DNA of 64,000 bases from Candidatus Marinacidobacterium sp. (GTDB lineage: Bacteria > Acidobacteriota > Vicinamibacteria > Marinacidobacterales > Marinacidobacteraceae), in NCBI GenBank assembly GCA_965220965.1, contig OZ244852.1:2080001-2144000 (forward strand), read 5' to 3'. Below the pieces are notes generated by a model. The model worked only from the letters and a program-made list of their open reading frames with translations. It was not told the origin of the DNA and searched no databases. Positions 58,201 to 64,000 of the stretch are shown one piece after another. Position numbers and translations under genes: made by a program. Numbering within the stretch: position 1 is the first letter of the stretch; each line of letters begins with the position of its first letter.

Positions 58201-59325
58201 TCAGCGGCCGGCGCGCTCCCTCACGTGCGTTCCGAAGCTCGGGATCCCCATCTCCCACACGCCGGGGCTGGACTCCCAGAGGACGCCGAGGTCCTGGAGG
58301 AGTTCCGCGAGCGCCCTCGGCTCCTGTTCGACCCGGCCGTCGGCGCACAGGGGGTCGAGAACCGCATCCAGGTCGTGATCCAGCACCGGCTCGGACCGGT
58401 CGTGGAACAGGTTCGCGAGCGGGAGCAACGCCTGCTCAACGCGCAGGTCGCGGGCTTCGGCAAAGCGCTCCGCGTAGAAGTCGGCGACCGCTCCGCGGGC
58501 GTTTTCGATGCCGGCCCTCGCGGCGCGCGGCGTGATCCGGGGCTCGTCACTCGCAGCGCACGCTTCCCACGCGGCGCTGCCAAGGAGCTGAATGAAGTAG
58601 GGATACCGCTGTGAGGCGACGCCGAGCAGCGAAAGGGCCTCGGACTCCATGGGTCGCCCGGCTTCCTCCGCCGGGATGCGCAGAGCGTCCGAGGTCGCGT
58701 CGGGGCGGAGTCGACCGATCCGCAAGCGCTCGAACATGCGCTCGGTGAACGTTCCGGCGCGCCGGAGCCTGCGACTCGTTCCGGGCGTCCCGGCCAGGAC
58801 CAGCAGGAACGGCAGCCGGGCGCGCCCCGCCCGCTGAACCGCCGAGAAGAACGCCTGCCCGGCGCCGGAGCGGGTCCGTTGCGCCTCGTCGATCAGCACA
58901 ACGAGCGGAGCGGGCGACCCGGACAGCCAGGTCGAGAACAGATGCGCGAGGTCGCTCGTTTCCTGCGGCCCCTCCACCGACACGCCAACGGGGCCCACCT
59001 GAACCCCGGTAACCCGGGTTGTGGAGCGGCTCACGCGCTGCCGAAGGGCCGCCATGAGCGCATCGCGATCGCTCAGGACGTCCGCATCGAGCTCTTCAAC
59101 GAGGAAACCGCGGCTCCGCGCCAGTTCGGCGAGCCGGTCGAGGAGCACCGTCTTGCCATTGCCCCGCGGCCCCTGAAGAAGGAACCCCTGCGGGGGAGCA
59201 ACTCCTTCCGCCAATCGAGCGAGTCGGTCCTCGAATCGGGCGACTTCCGTTTCGCGGCCGGCGAGGAAGCGAGGCATGCGCCCGGCGCCCGGTTCGAAGG
59301 GGTTGCGCTCACCGGAACTGCGCAT
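58201..59325 (-). CDS. AAA ATPase (AAA_16-like)
   Basis: NPFEPGAG.MP.FLAGRE, GPRGNGKT, LIDEAQ, YPYFIQL. Confidence 0.8.
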   Translation of the reverse strand: MRSSGERNPFEPGAGRMPRFLAGRETEVARFEDRLARLAEGVAPPQGFLLQGPRGNGKTVLLDRLAELARSRGFLVEELDADVLSDRDALMAALRQRVSRSTTRVTGVQVGPVGVSVEGPQETSDLAHLFSTWLSGSPAPLVVLIDEAQRTRSGAGQAFFSAVQRAGRARLPFLLVLAGTPGTSRRLRRAGTFTERMFERLRIGRLRPDATSDALRIPAEEAGRPMESEALSLLGVASQRYPYFIQLLGSAAWEACAASDEPRITPRAARAGIENARGAVADFYAERFAEARDLRVEQALLPLANLFHDRSEPVLDHDLDAVLDPLCADGRVEQEPRALAELLQDLGVLWESSPGVWEMGIPSFGTHVRERAGR

Positions 59326-59455
59326 GGGGAGCGAGGCTACCGCACGAGATGGGCTGGGGCCCGCACGGGAGCGTCCAGGGCTGCCCCGACTATTACGCTC
59401 GTGGCGGACCGCTGCCCCTCCATGGGAGGCGGTTTGCGCCAGGTTCGAAGTGACC

Positions 59456-60675
59456 ATGCAACCCCGCTCATTCAACACCGCCGGGCCCATGATCGCGGCG
59501 CAGCACTACCAGATCCCGCCGCTGGAGCGGCTGGATCGGGAGGACGTGCTGCGGCTCATCCGGGAGGCGAAGTACTTCCTCCTCCGCGCGCCCCGCCGAA
59601 CGGGCAAGACCACCTGCCTCCTGGCTCTGCAGGATCTGCTGAACGGCGGAACCGTCGGTTCCTGGCGCGCGCTCTACGTCAAGATCGAGACGGATCAGGC
59701 GGGGAGCGACGACACCGAGAGTGTGATGCGGGCCATTCTGAGCGCTCTAGGATCGGCGGCGCAACGGACCCTCGGGGACGGGTTTGTTGAAGCGGCGTGG
59801 CCGGACCTGCTCCAGCGCGGCGGGCCCGACACCGCTCTGGGGGAGCTTCTGGCGCAGTGGGCCGCACGCGATCCGAGACCTCTCGTTCTCCTCGTGGACG
59901 AGATCGACGCCCTCGTCGGCGACACGCTGCTCTCGGTTCTGCGTCAGCTCCGGGCCGGCCATACCGCCCGACCACACGCTTTCCCTCAGAGCGTGATCCT
60001 CTGCGGCGTCCGCGATATCCGGAGACATCGCGTCTCGACTCAGGACGGAACCGTGCTCGGAGGCAGCGCCTTCAGCATCTACGCCGAGTCCCTGCGCCTC
60101 AGGGACTTCACCCGGGAGGAGACGCAACGGCTCCTGGCGCAGCACACGGAAGAGACCGGCCAGGTCTGGGACATGGACGCCACCGAGGCGATCGGGGATC
60201 TGACCCGAGGCCAGCCCTGGCTCGTCAACGCGCTCGCCGATGAGGTCTGCTTCAAGGACCGCGCCGGACGGGACCGGAGCCACCCGATCCCCGCCGCCAA
60301 CGTGTTCGAGGCGAAGGAGCGCCTCATCCTGAAGCGGGCGACCCACCTGGACCAGCTCGCGCACAAGCTCGAGGAGGACCGGGTCCGCCGCATCGTGGGC
60401 CCGCTACTCAGCGGCGATCTGGGCCCCGCAGACGTCACCGCCGAGGACATCCACTACTGCCGGGATCTGGGGATCCTCCACCGGGGCTCACCGATGCGGA
60501 TCGCCAACCCGATCTACGGCGAGGTGATTCCCCGCGACCTGACCTGGACGGTTCAGGAACGGATCCCGCAAGAGACTCCCTCGTTCGCGGACCCTCGGGC
60601 GCGCTGAACGCCGAGAAGCTGCTCGCCGCCTTCCAGGAGTTCTTCCGGGAGCACTCGGAGCACTGGGTGGAGCGT
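59456..60675 (+). pseudogene. AAA ATPase with frameshifted, truncated C-terminus
   Basis: FNTAGP, APRRTGKTT, LVDEID, GQPWLVNAL, IANPIY. ORF stops at 60607, but LNAEKLLAAFQEFFREHSEHWVER continues in another frame from 60604. Confidence 0.7.
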
Positions 60676-60692
60676 CGGCTCGCCCCGTCAGG

Positions 60693-61214
60693 TCAGGGCT
60701 GCTCGGGTTCTGCGGTCGGGAGCGGAAGGCCGGTGTGGGGGTCCACCGTGGGGGGCTCCATGATGAACGGGACCTCGATCTCGTAGGGCGAGCCCTCGTG
60801 GGAGAACCACACGATGGCGGCGGCGTCCTCGTCGAAGGTCACCGGGCGGCCGGTGGCGATCCAGGCCTCTCCGAAGTCGTCGATCCGTGGACGGAGCGCC
60901 TCCAGATCCTCTTCACCTTCCTCGCCGGGAGGGCCCCGGCGGACGGTGATCCGGACCTCCTCGGCGACGGCGGCGGGCAGCTCGCCGCGCATCGCGTCCG
61001 AGAAGTAGATGCGGTGTTCCCCCTCGGCGGTGAGGACGACCTCGAAGTGGAGGTCGCCATGCATGAAGACATAGCCGCCGTAGCGGGGGTCGTGGTCCCC
61101 GTGGGCCATCATCATTCCCATGGCGTCCGCCGGCTCTTCGGGGGGCGGATCGCTCGACCCGCAGGCCGCGGCCAGGAGACCGGTCAGGAGCAGCGGAGCG
61201 GGGGCGCGGTTCAT
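60693..61214 (-). CDS. Hypothetical lipoprotein with His/Met-rich motif
   Basis: Lipobox AAAC; MGMMMAHGDHDPRYGGYVFMHGDLHFEVV. Confidence 0.7.
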   Translation of the reverse strand: MNRAPAPLLLTGLLAAACGSSDPPPEEPADAMGMMMAHGDHDPRYGGYVFMHGDLHFEVVLTAEGEHRIYFSDAMRGELPAAVAEEVRITVRRGPPGEEGEEDLEALRPRIDDFGEAWIATGRPVTFDEDAAAIVWFSHEGSPYEIEVPFIMEPPTVDPHTGLPLPTAEPEQP

Positions 61215-62467
61215 CGCGAGAGCGCCTCGGCGAGTTCGCCGGGACTCATCGCCCCCTCGACGATGCGGACGATCCGCTCGAGGCGGTCGGCGGGCGCGAG
61301 GGAGGCGTCGGCGAGGGGTTCGAGGGCGGCGCGGAACATGGGGTCGACCGAGGGACGCACAAGAGCGTACCCGTGAAACCGGTCGGCGTGAGCGAGCAAC
61401 GGGTGCGGGTTGGGGGCCAGCGCCTCGAAATCGAGCGCCCGCATGGCCTCGAGGCGGGTCAGCCCGCCGTCGAGATAGCGGGCGAGGATCCGCGCCACGA
61501 CCGGCTCGAGGATCCGGAGCGCGTCCTCTTCGGGCGCGGCCGGGGCGAGATCCTCCATCACGGCCGCGAGTCCCTCGAAGACCGCGGTGCGCGGGTCGTA
61601 GAGCGGGACGACGCCGGCTTCGGGCCAGCCGGTCGCGCGGAAATGGGTCTCGGCGACGACCGCCTGGAGGTGGTGTCCGGGCACCCCCTCGTGGCAGGCC
61701 AGCCGCTCGATCTCGGCGCGGTTCAGGGCGAGGCCGCGGGGCAGTTCGAGTTCCCCGACCCCGCTTCCCAGGTAGCGGTAGAACGGCGTGGGACCCCGTT
61801 CGCGTCGCAACGCGGCGTCGGGAGCGATCCAGCGGATCCGGAGCGGCTCGAGGACGAACGGAAGCGGGGACGGGGCGGTTCGCTCGCGGCAGTCGGCGAG
61901 CGCCTCCCGCAGCAGCGGTTCGACGTCCGTTGACGCGGCGGACCGCCGCTCGAAGCGGCGCCGCACCCGGACGACGAGCGGGGCGATCCCCGGAATCGCG
62001 CGGTCCACGTGAAAGTGGAGCCGTTCGAGATCGGGCGCCGGGAAGTCCGCCTCCAGTCCGAACATGAGGCGCAACTGGTCGCGCACCGGAAGGCGCTCGC
62101 CGAGCAGATGCGCCGCGCGCGCGGCGAGCGCCCGCGCCGAGGCGGCGATGCGGCGGACCCGGAACTCCTCGCCGCCCCGCGCGCCGGTCGCGGCGGCCTC
62201 CGCCAGCGTTGCGGCGCGCTCCCGGACTTCTTCGAGCGACCAGGGAGGGGGCGCCGGCGCCTCCTCGATAAAGACGTGATCCAGATAGAGCGGGTCGTGG
62301 CGGGAGAGCGCGAACGCGAGGTCCACCCAGGCGGCGGCGAGGCCGTCCACCGTCCGGGGCGCGGGTTCCGACGGTTCCCCGGCGGGTGGACCGCAGGCCG
62401 TCCCGGAAAGGGCGGCCACCAGCGGGACGCCGGCGACGGCGAAGCGGAACCAGCGGTGACGGGACAT
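61211..62467 (-). CDS. DUF885-like zincin metallopeptidase-type lipoprotein
   Basis: HEGVPGHHLQ and downstream FEGLA; lipobox-like GTAC. ATG 62467 chosen as start. Confidence 0.65.
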   Translation of the reverse strand: MSRHRWFRFAVAGVPLVAALSGTACGPPAGEPSEPAPRTVDGLAAAWVDLAFALSRHDPLYLDHVFIEEAPAPPPWSLEEVRERAATLAEAAATGARGGEEFRVRRIAASARALAARAAHLLGERLPVRDQLRLMFGLEADFPAPDLERLHFHVDRAIPGIAPLVVRVRRRFERRSAASTDVEPLLREALADCRERTAPSPLPFVLEPLRIRWIAPDAALRRERGPTPFYRYLGSGVGELELPRGLALNRAEIERLACHEGVPGHHLQAVVAETHFRATGWPEAGVVPLYDPRTAVFEGLAAVMEDLAPAAPEEDALRILEPVVARILARYLDGGLTRLEAMRALDFEALAPNPHPLLAHADRFHGYALVRPSVDPMFRAALEPLADASLAPADRLERIVRIVEGAMSPGELAEALSR

Positions 62468-62591
62468 TCCGAATAGCGACCCCGGAGGGCGCCGCAGTCT
62501 TTGACAGGACAGGTTATCCGCGCATATCTTCGGGGGCCGCCGGGGCCGGACGAACGGGCTCCCGCGCCATGCCCGCCAGAAGGAGATATCC

Positions 62592-64000
62592 ATGAAGATC
62601 CAGCGCGTTTTCCTCTCGCTGCTCGCGCTTGCGCTCGTCGCCGGCGGCGGTCTGCTCGCCTGCGCCGCGCCCGAAGCCCCCGAGCAGACGGCCTCCACCC
62701 AGGAGGCGCTCGGGATCCGGGCGGGCGGGGACACCGAGATCGCTCCCGACATGGAGCAGATCCCCGAGGAACTGCAGCAGGTCTTCGACTACATCGACGC
62801 GAACGTGGACGACCACGTCATGAACCTGCGCCGCTGGATCCAGCAGCCCAGCATCTCGAACTCCGGCGAGGGCATCCAGGAGTCAGCGCAGATGGTGAAG
62901 GGCTTCTTCGACCAGCTCGGATGCCAGATCTCCGAGGTTCACGACATCCCGATGACCGAGTGGGGCCAGCCAGGGAACCCGGTGGTCTACGCCGACTGCG
63001 ACTACGGCAAGGAGCACACGCTCCTCATCTACTGGATGTACGACACGATGCCGATCACCCAGCCGGAAGCCTGGGTGCTGCCCCCGTTCGACGGGGAGCT
63101 GACCGAGTTCGGCCCGTTCCAGAAGGTCATGATCGGGCGCGGGGCCACGAACTCGAAGGGGCCCCAGATGGTCCAGTGGAACGCGTTCCATTCGATCCTC
63201 GAAGTGACCGGCACGATGCCGGTGAACCTGATCTTCATCGCCGAGGGCGACGAGGAGCGGATGTCGATCGGCCTCCGCCAGTTCGTCCGGGAGAACCCGG
63301 AGCTGTTCGCCCACGCCGAGGCGATGTACCGGTTCGGCTCGCAGTCGCGTTCCGGCGCCGCCGGGATCGGCGGCGGCTCGGAGGGCTGCGTCTACATCGA
63401 GCTGACCACCAGCGGGGCGAGCTGGGGCCGCGGACCGGTGGCCTCGAACATCCACGGCGCGCACAAGCGGTCGACCGACGCCCCGGCGCTGCGGCACATC
63501 AAGATGCTCTCCACCCTCATCTCGGATGACGGCAACGACGTGCTCGTGCCGGGCTTCTACGAGGGCGCATCCCCGCTCACCGACGCGGAAGAGGCGATGT
63601 TCCAGGCCGCGGCGGAGAACATCGACATGGCGATCGCCGCCGAGAACATCGGCGTCGCCCGGTTCATGTCGGACGATCCGCTCGAGTACCTGAAGTCGGC
63701 CCGCTACGGGATCTCATTCAACATGGATGGCGTCTGGGCCGGGAACATGTATCCCGGCGGGGCCGGGGCGATCCTGCCGAACCGGATCACCTCGAAGCAC
63801 AACATGCGCTACGTGCCGGACATGGACGGGCTCGAGATGGTCCAGAAGATCCGTGACTACCTCGATTCGCAGGGCTACGAGGATGTCGAGCTGACGATCA
63901 TCGGCGACGTGCCGTGGTCGAAGTCGACCTATGACAACCGCGCCGCCCACTCGCTGATGCGGACCTACGACATCTTCGGGATCCGCTATCGCGAGCCGAT
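62592..64000 (+). CDS. M20/M25/M40-family metallohydrolase lipoprotein, 3'-truncated by window edge
   Basis: AGGAGA RBS, lipobox LLAC, QPSIS, GNPVV, MYDTMP...W..PPF, GRGATNSKG, EGDEE. Missing from the ORF track because it runs off the window. Confidence 0.85.
   Translation, partial: MKIQRVFLSLLALALVAGGGLLACAAPEAPEQTASTQEALGIRAGGDTEIAPDMEQIPEELQQVFDYIDANVDDHVMNLRRWIQQPSISNSGEGIQESAQMVKGFFDQLGCQISEVHDIPMTEWGQPGNPVVYADCDYGKEHTLLIYWMYDTMPITQPEAWVLPPFDGELTEFGPFQKVMIGRGATNSKGPQMVQWNAFHSILEVTGTMPVNLIFIAEGDEERMSIGLRQFVRENPELFAHAEAMYRFGSQSRSGAAGIGGGSEGCVYIELTTSGASWGRGPVASNIHGAHKRSTDAPALRHIKMLSTLISDDGNDVLVPGFYEGASPLTDAEEAMFQAAAENIDMAIAAENIGVARFMSDDPLEYLKSARYGISFNMDGVWAGNMYPGGAGAILPNRITSKHNMRYVPDMDGLEMVQKIRDYLDSQGYEDVELTIIGDVPWSKSTYDNRAAHSLMRTYDIFGIRYREP

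Overview
High-GC (~70% by eye) diderm bacterial DNA. LptD, the futalosine menaquinone genes, CdaA/CdaR and the carboxypeptidase-like-domain TonB receptors with FG-GAP/TPR neighbours suggest Acidobacteriota; this is inference only. Bases 1-25 kb are mostly core genes: a liv-type ABC transporter, a histone H1-like protein, mqnP-ubiX-mqnE-mqnA-mqnC, a CNNM protein, tilS-ftsH-cdaA-cdaR-lepB, then on the minus strand nfuA-like, lptD, DUF92, a UbiA-family gene, glyA, a DinG-family helicase and yggS. Bases 25.6-64 kb are accessory: three paralogous TonB-dependent receptors, an FG-GAP/TPR/7-heme cytochrome cluster, AAA ATPases, an orphan salicylate synthase and several pseudogenes. The standout is a ~6 kb tandem array (28.5-34.6 kb) of six intact and one relic membrane-anchored coiled-coil genes. 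Each has its own sigma70-like promoter, stalk lengths differ by exact multiples of 7 and 11 residues, and modules are shuffled between copies. The array carries three MITE-like elements, which themselves contain a fixed 20-nt micro-insertion. No rRNA, tRNA, CRISPR array, transposase or reverse transcriptase was recognised. All calls come from reading the sequence by eye; no searches were run.
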